From NCBI GenBank assembly GCA_963697835.1, contig CAVOPG010000007.1, positions 418,672 through 482,671 on the forward strand: 64,000 nucleotides of DNA. The letters are read 5' to 3'. Shown one piece after another: positions 12,101-21,412 of this stretch. The translations under genes were made by a program, and so were the position numbers. Under the pieces are notes generated by a model. That model did not search any database and had not been told where the DNA came from. It worked only from the letters and a program-made list of their open reading frames with translations. This DNA is from an uncultured Acidobacteriota bacterium. GTDB lineage: Bacteria; Acidobacteriota; Vicinamibacteria; Fen-336. Numbering within the stretch: the stretch's first letter is position 1; each line of letters opens with the position of its first letter.

Positions 12101-13231
12101 TCACTCCCCGCGCACCCCGATCGTCCGGGCCTTCTGCTCCTGGATCAGCTTGTTGTAGATCTCCTGGTGCTCCCTGGCCTTGTCGGCGTTCGCCGCTGCG
12201 CTGGTAGGCGATGCGCGAGCTGGTACTGGGCCTTCATGGAACCGGGCGACGCCCCGACCACCCTGGTGAGGTACCGGATCGCCTGGTCGTAGCGGCCGGC
12301 CCGGTTCGCGAGCATCCCGTAGACCAGGTTCGTCTCGAGGTCGTCCGGGTCGAGCGCCGCCGCCTTCGCGAGCCAGGACTCGCACTGTCGGTCGTCTCCC
12401 TTCAAGTAGGCGAGGTGGGCGAGCTTGGCCATGCAGCCGTCGCAGCGGGGATCGGCCGCCAGCTCCCGCTCCAGGTGGGACCGGGCCTCCTCGACGCGCT
12501 TCTGCTCGAAGAGCACCGCGCCGAGGTAGTAGTGGGCGTGGGGCAGCGAGGGGGCCTGGCGCAGCGCCTGCTCGAGCTCCTTCTCGGCGGGGACGAGCTG
12601 GCCGGACGAGTACAGGGAGACGCCCAGCCGCAGCCGGGCCTCGGCGTTCTGCGGCGCGCTCTTCACGATCTCCCGGTAGGCCTGCGTCGCCAGGCCGTAC
12701 TCCTTCAGCTCGAACAGGCAGGCGGCGGCCAGGGCCATGAGCGGCGAGTCGAGGGGCGGGAAGCCGTAGCCGTCGGCCTGCCGGAGGAGCCGCAGCGCCT
12801 CGGCCTTCTCGCCGAGGCGAGCCGTGAGCAGGCCCTGGACGAACACGACCTCGGCGAACGCGCCGCTGCAGCTCCCGGTCCGCGGCCGGGGCCAGGGTCT
12901 GGCCGGAGGACGCGCGCATGCTCGCCTGCACCCGCTTCGCGGCCCGGTTCCACTGCGCCGCGGCCTCGGAGAAGAGGCGGTGCTCGATGAGCCGGTAGGC
13001 CACGTCCAGGGCGAAGCGCTCGTCGGCGTCCAGCTCGGGCTCGAGCCGGTGGAGGAGGGCCGTCGTCGCCGCGGAGTCGCCGGCCGCCAGGTCGGACTCG
13101 AGCTCCGAAAGCTGCGCCGCGTGCTGCTCCAGGGAGCGGGCGGCGCTGCGCGTCGGCGCCTGGGCGGGGAAGACCGGGAGGGCGAGGCCGAGCAGGAGGA
13201 GGAGGACGATCGCCGCGAGCCGTCGCGTCAC
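12101..13231 (-). CDS. Secreted TPR-repeat protein with about 2 apparent frameshifts (near 12200 and 12850-12900). Its GTG start overlaps the upstream stop as GTGA.
   Basis: Signal peptide VTRRLAAIVLLLLLGLALPVFPAQA. TPR repeats appear in ORF 12145-12846 (…AYREIVKSAPQNAEARLRLGVSLYSSGQLVPAEKELEQALRQAPSLPHAHYYLGAVLFEQKRVEEA…). The C-terminus ...NADKAREHQEIYNKLIQEQKARTIGVRGE* is in the frame that ends at 12101. Confidence 0.6.
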   Translation of the reverse strand: MTRRLAAIVLLLLLGLALPVFPAQAPTRSAARSLEQHAAQLSELESDLAAGDSAATTALLHRLEPELDADERFALDVAYRLIEHRLFSEAAAQWNRAAKRVQASMRASSGQTLAPAADRELQRRVRRGRVRPGPAHGSPRREGRGAAAPPAGRRLRLPAPRLAAHGPGRRLPVRAEGVRPGDAGLPGDREERAAERRGPAAAGRLPVLVRPARPRREGARAGAAPGPLAAPRPLLPRRGALRAEARRGGPVPPGAGAGGRSPLRRLHGQARPPRLLEGRRPTVRVLAREGGGARPGRPRDEPGLRDAREPGRPLRPGDPVPHQGGRGVARFHEGPVPARASPTSAAANADKAREHQEIYNKLIQEQKARTIGVRGE

Positions 13232-14932
13232 GGCGCCGCCTCCACGACGCGCAGGACCTGGTTGATGCCCGGCTTCTCCACGCGCTGGACGATCCCGCTC
13301 GGCCACGCGATCTCGACGTAGGCGATGCCCGTCTCCGCGCCGAGGCCGAAGTGCACGCGCTTGTCGCTCGCGGAGTAGATCCCGTTGGCCGTGGTCACGT
13401 GCGCGTGCAGCGCGCGCCCCGAGGGCAGCACCAGCCGCACGCGGGCGCCGATGCCGTCGCGGTTGCTCTTCGTGCCCTCGAGGTCGAGCAGGATCCAGTT
13501 GTTGGGCGCGCCGCCCTTCTTCACGAAGAGGGCCGCGGGACCGTTGAGCTGGTTGACGGCCACCTCCAGGGTGCCGTCGTTGTCCAGGTCGGCCACCGCC
13601 ACCCCCCGCCACGCGCCGGCGACCTGGAGGTCGGGGCCGACCCGGTCGGAGAGGTCCTCGATCCGGCCCTCGCCGACGTTGCGGAAGAGGAAGCAGCCCT
13701 CCTTGTACTTCGCCGCCGGGCTGTACAGCTCGACGTTGTCGACCACGTGCGAGCCGGCCACGAAGACGTCCTTCCGGCCGTCGTCGTCGATGTCGAGGAT
13801 CTTGACGCTCCAGCCGCTGTGCCCCGTCGAGGCGGTCCCGACGCCGGACGGGAACGTCCGGTCCACGAAGAACCCCTTGCCCTGGTTGACGAAGAGGGTG
13901 AAGACGTCCCGCACGAGGTCGGACAGGAAGATGTCGGGCCAGCCGTCGTCGTCGAAGTCCTCGAAGTCGCAGCCCATGCCCGAGACCATGGCCCCCGACT
14001 CGTTGGCCGCCACCCCGGCCTCGAACGCCACGTCCCGGAACTTCCCGTCGGCGCCGTTGCTGGTACAGGAAGTGGGGCACCCGGTCGTTGGCGACGAAGA
14101 CGTCCATGCGCCCGTCGCCGTCGTAGTCGGCGACGGCGACGCCCATCCCCTTGCCGAGGTACTGGTTCAGGCCGACCTGCTCGGAGACGTCGGTGAACGT
14201 CCCGTCGTGGTTGTTGCGGAAGAGCACGTTCGGCAGGGGCTTGAAGACGTCCGGGTCGCAGTAGATGCGGTGCCCGCCCTGCTGCCGGCCGCACCACACG
14301 TCCTTGTCCTCGGCGAGGGTCCACTGGAAGTAGTGCGTGACGAAGAGGTCCAGCCAGCCGTCGTTGTCGTAGTCCAGCCACGCCGCGCTCGCCTTCAGGG
14401 GGTGGCGCGGCATCGCGACGCCCGCCTTGGCGGTGACGTCGGTGAAGTGCCCGTGGCCGTCGTTGTGGTAGAGCACGTTGTCGCCGTAGTTCGTCACCAG
14501 GACGTCCGGGTAGCCGTCGTTGTCGTAGTCGCCGACGGCGACGCCCTGGGGGTAGCCCTTGATGCCGGCGCCGCTCAGGCCCGACTCCACGGTCACGTCG
14601 ACGAACCGGCCCTTGCCCGTGTTCCGGAAGAGGCGGTTGAAGGTCGCGGGATCGGTGCGGAGGTGCTCCGGGGACGGCGCCCCGTTGAGGAAGAGGAGGT
14701 CCACGAAGCCGTCGCGGTCGTAGTCGAGGGCGGCGACGGCCCCCCCGAGCGTCTCGAACGGGTACTTCATGTCGGTCGCGAAGTTCTTCTCGACGAAGTG
14801 CACGCCCCGCGCCTCGGCCTCGTTGACGAGGGTGAACGGAGAGGGAGGGGCAGGAGGTGCGCCCACGGACGGAGCCGCCGAGAGCAGGGCCAGGAGGCCG
14901 AGGGCGATCCGGGAGGGAGGGAAACGCGCCAC
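13228..14932 (-). CDS. ASPIC/UnbV FG-GAP repeat protein (CRTAC1 family), secreted, with one apparent frameshift near 14055-14060.
   Basis: N-terminal part in ORF 12101-14932: GTG start, MARFPPSRIALGLLALLSAAPSVGA..., then FG-GAP motifs up to ...DVFVANDRVPHFLYQ. The C-terminal part is in ORF 13228-14031 (...ANESGAMVSGMGCDFEDFDDDGWPDIFLSD... through ...NGIYSASDKRVHFGLG...). Confidence 0.8.
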
Positions 14933-14975
14933 GTTGCTCTCGATTCTACAGGTCCACCTCGGCCCTGTAACGAAC

Positions 14976-15007
14976 GGGGGCCGGCGCTCTGAGGAGCACC
15001 GGCCCCC
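14976..15007 (-). terminator. Strong GC hairpin about 25 nt downstream of the TBDR2 stop. It has a 9-bp stem GGGGGCCGG/CCGGCCCCC and a 14-nt loop. It is a candidate intrinsic terminator or insulator between TBDR2 and the FG-GAP operon.
   Basis: The arms are gggggccgg (14976-14984) and ccggccccc (14999-15007), read from the sequence. The downstream minus-strand sequence gttcgttacagg is only moderately T-rich. Confidence 0.4.
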
Positions 15008-15031
15008 GGTACGGACGAGATCAGTCTGCTT

Positions 15032-18000
15032 CTAGAACGTCAGCCGGGTGACGAGCTGCAGGGTCCGCGGGGATGCCACCCCGTTGATCGGTCCCGAACC
15101 CGTTGATGTTGACCAGCTGTCCGGCCGAGTTGTAGGGCAAGTTGGTGATCGTGTGGTCGGTCAGGCTCGCGAAGTTGACGGTGTTGTTGACGCCCGTGAA
15201 CTGGGTGTGGTTGAGCGCGTTGAAGGCGTCGAGGCGCACCTCCATCCTCACCCTTGCCGATCGGGATGATCTTCGAGAGCGACAGGTCCAGGTTGTTGGT
15301 CCCGGGCCCGTGCATGAAGCGCCGGGCCGACTCGAGGCCGTTGCTGCCCGTCTGCGGCGGAGCGAAGCACGAGGTGTCGAACTGCTTGTAGGGATCGCTG
15401 CTCGCGCCGCTACCCGGGTCGCAGGTGACGGCGACGCGCGCGGCCGGGTTGCTCGTGCCGCTCAGGTTCGCGTTCCCGATACCGGGGATCGAGTACAGTG
15501 ATCGCGTAGGGTTGGCCGCTCGACCAGCGGTAGACCCCCGAGATCTGCCAGTCGTTCACCAGCCACTTCAGGGCGTTCTCCGTCACCTTGGGCGTCTGGT
15601 AGATGAAGTTGACCACGAAGTTGTGCGGGCGGTCCCAATTCGAATACGAGTAGTCGTACTTCCTGATCGTGTCGTGGTCGCCCACGACGCCCCCGGGCAG
15701 GTCGTCTGAAGTGTAGTCCGGGTGTTGGTCGTGAGGGTCTTGCTCCAGACGTAGAAGACCGAGAACATGAGCCCGTTCTCGAACCGGCGGCTGAGCGACG
15801 TCTGCAGCGATTGGTAGTTGGAGAAGCCCGAGTAGTCGTACAGGTTGATGTCGCCGTAGCCCTGGTAGGGCCGCAGGAGGTCGGTGGGCAGCGCGTTCGC
15901 CCCCGGCACCGAGCTCGGTGCCAGCGTCGGGTCCTGGTTCTGCGGGTCGAACGTGGCGCCCAGCGCCGGCGCGTTGATGTTCGACTTGCGCAGCAGGTTC
16001 TTCGACGAGGAGCCGACCCAGGCGATGTCGAAGATCAGCTTGCTCGCGAGCTTGTGCTGCAGGCCGACGTTCCACGAGTAGACCTTGGGCGGGTTGAAGT
16101 CGTAGGCGGTCGGGGACATCCCCAGCGGCGTGTTGGGGTCCCCTCCTGCGGCGCCGAGGTTCTGCAGCAGCCCCCACTGGAGATGGGAGTTCAGCACGCT
16201 CGGCGCGTTGCCGCCCATGTCGAAGACGATGTTGCCCATCGGGCGGTCGTAGAGGATCCCGAAGCCGCCGCGAACGATGGTCATGCCCTTCCCGGAGATG
16301 TCGTACACGAAGCCGAAGCGCGGCGAGATCTTGAAGGCGTTCCCGCTCTGCACCGAGTCGGTGATCCCCTGGCCGGCCGGGTAGGCGCCGTTGAACCGGA
16401 TCGCGTCCGCGTTCGATCCCGGGGTCAGCCGGCCGATGAAGCGGCCGTCGACCGTCTGGCCCGTCGCGGGGTCGACTCCGACGCGGTTGCTGCCGGAGCA
16501 CGGAGACGCGCCGATGCAGCCCGGGGCGTAGAGCTGTGCGGCAGCGCTGGCGTTGTACTTGTCAGGCAGGAAGTTCGAGACCCCCTTGTCTACGTCCCAC
16601 TGCGGCGTCAGGTAGTAGAAGCGGACGCCGTAGTCGAGGGTGAGCCTCTGGTTGACCTTCCAGTTGTCCTGCGCGTACCACTCGTAGTTCTTGTACTTCC
16701 ACGACGGCTTCGCGTACTTGTTGACCTGGTCGTAGGTGTCGAACACCCCGGTCGCCGCGTTCGCGTAGCTGAGGCTCGTGTCGTAGGGGTTGCTCGGGTC
16801 GCCGGCGAAGTTCACCTGGGCGTTGAAGCTGAAGAAGATGGTCTGGGGCTTGTAGCTGCTCTGGTAGTAGACGCCGAACTTGGCGTTGTGCGGTCCCCAG
16901 ATCTTCGTCAGGTTCGCGACGACGTCCCAGGTGGTGTTCTCGTTGCTGAACGGGCCGTTGTTCGTCTGGTATTCGGCCTGATTGGCGATGTTCGTGCCGC
17001 CGAACTGGAAGAACGGGACGTAGTCCTTCTGGACCGCGTCCGGGTAGAGGTAGGGGAAGTTGGTGAGGCCCGAGTTCGCCCGGTACAGTTGCTCGGCGTT
17101 CATCACGTAGTTGAGCGAGTTGTGCGCGGTCCCGACGCTCACCTCGAGCGAGGTCGTGGTGTTGAGGATGCCGGTGGTGCTCACCATCCAGTTCTGGCCG
17201 GGGTTCAGGAAGAGCACCTCCATCGGGACCTGGTAGCTGCCGTTGCCGGCCCAGGGAGTGCCGTACGCCTGGGTCGTGTCGTTCTTGGTGTCCATGTAGC
17301 GGCCGGTGATGCGCCACTTGTCCGTGGGCTGGAAGTCCAGCCGGATCAGGTCCTGACGCGGTGCGTTACTGTCCGAGGCCTGGCTCGTGTAGTTGATGCC
17401 GCCGCCGGACGTGTAGTTCGGGTCGGGGAAGAGGTTCAGAGCCGCGAGGCCGGGCGCATAGAGGCGGCTCTGCGGGGATCCGGCCGAGGACGCCGCCGTC
17501 CGCGAAGCAGCCGGAGGTGTTGCTCGAATTGCACGGCAGCCCCGTCGTGTAGTCGCGGATGTAGGGGTAGGGGTTGCCGCTGTTGTCGACGCTCTGGGAG
17601 AAGTCCCCGGCCCGCTCGAGGGCGGTGGGCACGCGCGCCGTGTGCTGCGACGGCGGGCTGGTGCGCTTCTCGCACTCCTGGCTCCAGAAGAAGAAGAGCT
17701 TCTTCTTGTCCGTGTTGAAGACGCCCGGGATGAAGATCGGGCCGCCGATCGTGAAGCCGTAGTCGTCGCGCTTGGACGTCGGTGGCTCGATCGCCTTGCC
17801 GTTGCCGATCGGCGCCGGCGCCCCCGCCCGGAGGTTGGTCCAGGTGTTGGCGTTCCAGTCGGACCGGCGGCCGAACCAGTAACCCGAGCCGTGGAAGGAC
17901 TGGGTCCCGCTCTTGGTCACCATCTGCACCTGCCCGCCGACCGCGCGTCCGTACTCCGCCTGGTACGAGTTCGTCAGGACCTTGAACTCGCCGATGGCCT

Positions 18001-18664
18001 CGGTGTTGGTGGTGGCCATGTTGCCGGCGTTGTTGCCGGTGTCGATGTTGGCGACGCCGTCGATCGTCATGTTGTTGGAGGTCTCCCGCTGGCCGTTCAC
18101 GCTGATGCCCGCCAAGTCGCCCCGCTCGTTGCCGGCGTTGTTGTCGGTGGAGACGATGCCAGGGACGAGGAGCGCGTAGTTGAACAGCTGGCGCCCGTTG
18201 GAGGCGATGTTCGTGATCGCCTGGCTCTCCAGCGTGAACGACCGCTCGCCGCTCTGCGCCTGCAGCTCGGAGACGCGGCCGGTGACGCTCACTTCCTCCG
18301 TGATCGCGCCGACCTCGAGCGTGATGATCCCGGCGGAGAACTTGTCGTTCGCGCTGACCTGCACGTTGGTCCGCTCGTGGGTCTTGAAGCCCTGCATGCC
18401 GACCTTGAGCGCGTAGAGGTCGGGACGGACGATCGCGAAGACGAAGCGCCCCTCGGCGTCCGTCGTCGCGGTCAGCGTGCTGCCCTGGGTGCGGCTCGTC
18501 AGCGTCACCGCCGCACCGGGCAGGACGCCTCCCTGGGAGTCCTTCACCTGGCCGAAGATGGACGCGCTCGTCGTCTGAGCGGCAACTGGGGCTGCCGCCA
18601 GCAGACACAGCCCCACCGCCACGGCCCATCTCAGAGCGTGGCGACCCGGATCAGTCAATCGCAT
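15032..18664 (-). pseudogene. TonB-dependent receptor (TBDR2), paralogous in type to TBDR1 (CarbopepD_reg-like N-terminus, plug, barrel). It is broken into at least 6 frame segments.
   Basis: Signal peptide MRLTDPGRHALRWAVAVGLCLLAAAPVAAQ, then CarbopepD_reg and plug (ORF 17366-18664, good to about 17440). Barrel in ORF 15583-17295 (good from about 17400 to 15700: ...YVPFFQFGGTNIANQAEYQTNNGPFSNENTTWD...FYVWSKTLTT). Further fragments in ORFs 15410-16501, 15040-15315 and 15021-15251. The true C-terminus ...IPRTLQLVTRLTF* uses the TAG at 15032-15034. The shift near 15063-15069 is an extra C in a CCCC run. Confidence 0.75.
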
Positions 18665-18728
18665 GAGACCCTCTCTTTCACGGCGCGCCGATTCAGCGCA
18701 CCGTTCGTCACAACTAGGGACAAACGCG

Positions 18729-18758
18729 CTTATATTCGAAGCCCGACCGATGTGTCAA
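18729..18758 (-). promoter_or_regulatory. Putative sigma70-type promoter for TBDR2: TTGACA (18758-18753), 18-nt spacer, TATAAG (18734-18729). It is architecturally identical to the TBDR1 promoter.
   Basis: The minus strand reads CTTGACAcatcggtcgggcttcgaaTATAAG. This is about 60 nt upstream of the TBDR2 start at 18664. Confidence 0.4.
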
Positions 18759-19123
18759 GAAACGCAGAGCCCATCGCGATGCGCGGACAGGCGGTCCGTC
18801 CGACCGATGCGCCATCTAGGAGCTTCCCCTCGTTCCGTCGAGCGCTTACGGCGGGCGCAGGCAGCCAGTGGTTCCCCGCCCGTGTACGCAGCTGGGCAGA
18901 GCCGCGCCTCGCCCTTCGTGAAGAACTGTGTGCAAGCGCCGTGCCCTTTTCCGGGGGATGGAACCGCATCTGAATTACGAGTCAGATCAACGAGTTATGC
19001 GTGCCGCCCGTTCACGGCTGGACCGCGCTGGGTCCAATCAGTTGTATCCGCTGCGGAGTTCCGTACTCCCGGAGTCTGGAGGAAACCCCCATTCGCCCCC
19101 ATCCGGGCCATAATCCAGACGCC

Positions 19124-19183
19124 ATGACGACGGCCGCGTTCGCCTTTTCCCGCGAGATCAACCGGCAGATCGCGCTGAAAGCC
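19124..19183 (+). pseudogene. Remnant of a ROK-family regulator gene. Only the first roughly 20 codons survive (MTTAAFAFSREINRQIALK...), preceded by a copy of the promoter motif found upstream of the intact ROK gene at 4877.
   Basis: SREINRQIAL is identical to residues 20-29 of the ROK regulator at 4877-6097. At the nucleotide level tcccgcgagatcaaccggcagatcgcgctgaa matches tcgcgcgagatcaaccgccagatcgccctcaa. Homology is lost after about codon 20, and the vWA gene starts at 19231. Confidence 0.4.
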
Positions 19184-19230
19184 GGCGCGGCCGCAAGCCC
19201 ATGCACCCGATGCCGTAGACTGGAGGCCTC

Positions 19231-21412
19231 ATGGCAGCCCGCGGCGCCACGACCTCGCTGCTCTCGCTGCTCGCCGGCCTCGCCGGCACGGTGCCGTCGC
19301 CTGCTCAGGCGCCGGAAGCGCGGAAGCCCGAGCTCGTCGTCCCCACCGTCGCCGAGGTGGTCCGGCTCGAGGTCGTGGTGACGGAGAAGCGAGGACACCC
19401 GCGGGCGGGCCTGCGCCGCGAGGACTTCGCCGTGTTCGAGGACGGCCAGCTGCAGCCGATCGTTCAGTTTCACGCCTTCGCCCGGCCCCAGCCGCCGTCC
19501 TCCTCCCCGCCGCAGCCGGTGCCCCCCGCGCCGGTTTCCGCGCTCGCGGGGACCGAGCCCGCCGCGGCGCCGGAGGAGGAGGCGGAGGACCTCCTGCCCG
19601 CGCGCTACGTGGTCCTCGTGATCGACGACGTCCACATGGAGTTCGAGAGCCTCGCCCGCACCCGGAAGGCCCTCGGACGCTTCTTCGAGGAGGACCTGCG
19701 GCCCGAGGACCAGGTGGCACTCGTGACCACGAGCGGCGCCTTCGCGCTGTCCGCAGGAGTTCACCTCGGACCGCGCCGCCCTGGAGGATGTGCTCTCCCG
19801 CCTCTCTGCGCAGGGCCGCCATCCCGAGCGCAACGACGTCCCCTATATCAGCGAGTACCAGGCCCAGCTGATCGAGAACGGGGACGACATGGCCCTCGAG
19901 GCGGCGGTGCAGGAGCTGATGCAGGAGTCGCTCTTCCAGGACGCTGCCTCCGCGGCGTCCGTGGCGCGGCGCAAGGCCCGCGAGGTCCGCGCCGAGGCCG
20001 TCTACGACTCGCGTCTGACCCTCGAAGCGCTGGAGAGCTTGTGCCGGGGCCTCTCGGGGCTCACCGGACGCAAGGAGCTCTTCCTGGTGTCGGACGGCTT
20101 CCTGATCGGGCTCGGCAGCGGTACGGAGTTCGACGTCCGCCGCATCACCGACGCGGCGACGCGGGCGGGGGTCGTCGTCTACTCCCTCGACACGAGCGGC
20201 CTCCACTCGGGACGGTCGGTGGCGAGCGCGGCCAGCCTCCAGCGGCCCGGGCCGTACACCTTCGGGACGATCGAAGCCATGCGCCAGCGGAGCGAAGAGG
20301 CGACCCGCGACGCGATGCACGCGCTCGCCTCGGACACCGGGGGCTTCCTGGCCGAGAACACGATGAACGTCCGGGCCGGACTGCGGGAGCTGCTGAAGGA
20401 CACCGAGGCCTACTACGTCCTGGCCTACGAGCCGACCAACACGAGGCGCGACGGCGGCTTCCGCAGGATCCAGGTGCGCCTGCCTGGCGTCCCCGGCCTG
20501 AAGGTGCGGACGCGGGCGGGGTACTTCGCTCCCGACGACCATCGCCTCGACGGGGGGGGGCGCACCGCCGAGGCGGAGGCGCGGCGGGCCGAGCAGCGCC
20601 GGGCGGAGATGCGCACCGCCCTCAACTCGCTCGCCCCCCTGAGCGCGGTCCCCGTCCGGATCTCCGCGGATTTCGTGAGCCTCGACCCCGGCGTGACGCA
20701 GCTCGTGGTGAGCGGCAGCGTGGACGTGGCCGCGCTGCCGTTCGTCCGGGTCCGCGACCGCCGGCAGGCGACGGTGGAAATGACAGCCCTCGTCTACGGC
20801 GAGAGGGGAACGGTGGCGGCGACGCTCCCCACGGAGCGGTCCGCCATGGACCTGTCCGAGGCGGACTACGAGCAGCTCCGGCGGGGCGGGCTTCCGTACC
20901 AGAGGATGGTGTCCCTCAAGCCCGGCCGCTACCAGGTGCGCCTGGCCGCGCGCGAGGACGCCACGGGGATGCTGGGCAGCGCCTGGCAGCGGCTCGAGAT
21001 CCCGGACATCGCGCCGGGCCGCCTGGCCCTCGGCAGCCTCTTCCTGATGCGGGAGGCCGCCGACGCCGCGGCCGGTGCGGGGGCGCCTCCCGTCCTGCAG
21101 AGCGCCCAGGCGCTCCGCCGCTTCCGCCGGACCGAGGGCCTCTACGTCCAGCTCTACGCCTACAACCCGAAGCGGGACGCCTCGGGAGCGGCCGACCTCA
21201 CCGCGCAGGCGGAGATCCTGCGGGACGGGTCGGTGCTCGGGACCGCCGCCCCCGAAGCGATGACGGAGGGCGAACCCCGCGGGCCGGTGCTCCACGTCTC
21301 CCGGATCCGCCTCTCGCGCCTCGAGCCCGGAGGCTACGAGCTGCGGGTCACCGTCACCGACCGCGCCGCGGGCGCCTTGGCGTCCCGCTCCGTCTCGTTC
21401 ACGGTCGAGTAG
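19231..21412 (+). CDS. VWFA-related acidobacterial-domain protein (von Willebrand factor A-like; TIGR03436-type), secreted, with one apparent frameshift near 19750-19760.
   Basis: Signal peptide MAARGATTSLLSLLAGLAGTVPSPAQA. The vWA-like core ...LLPARYVVLVIDDVHMEFESLARTRKALGRFFEEDLRPEDQVALVTTSGAFALS is in ORF 19231-21516. After the shift it continues in ORF 19790-21412 (...QEFTSDRAALEDVLSRLSAQGRHPERNDVPY...KELFLVSDGFLIG...VVVYSLDTSGL...). Confidence 0.7.

Noticed and set aside
18800-19100. Possible ncRNA in the long (about 460 nt) non-coding region between TBDR2 and the ROK remnant
   Set aside because: The region holds several short GC hairpins (TGGACC-N6-GGTCCA; GGAGT-N5-ACTCC), but such hairpins are expected at this GC content. 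There is no covarying structure or recognisable family signature without comparative data. It is more simply explained as the decayed 5' region of the lost ROK gene.
19229-21295. 688-aa minus-strand ORF antisense to the vWA gene
   Set aside because: It has low-complexity Arg/Gly/Pro composition and is antisense to a gene with a good homology-supported frame. It is a high-GC artefact.
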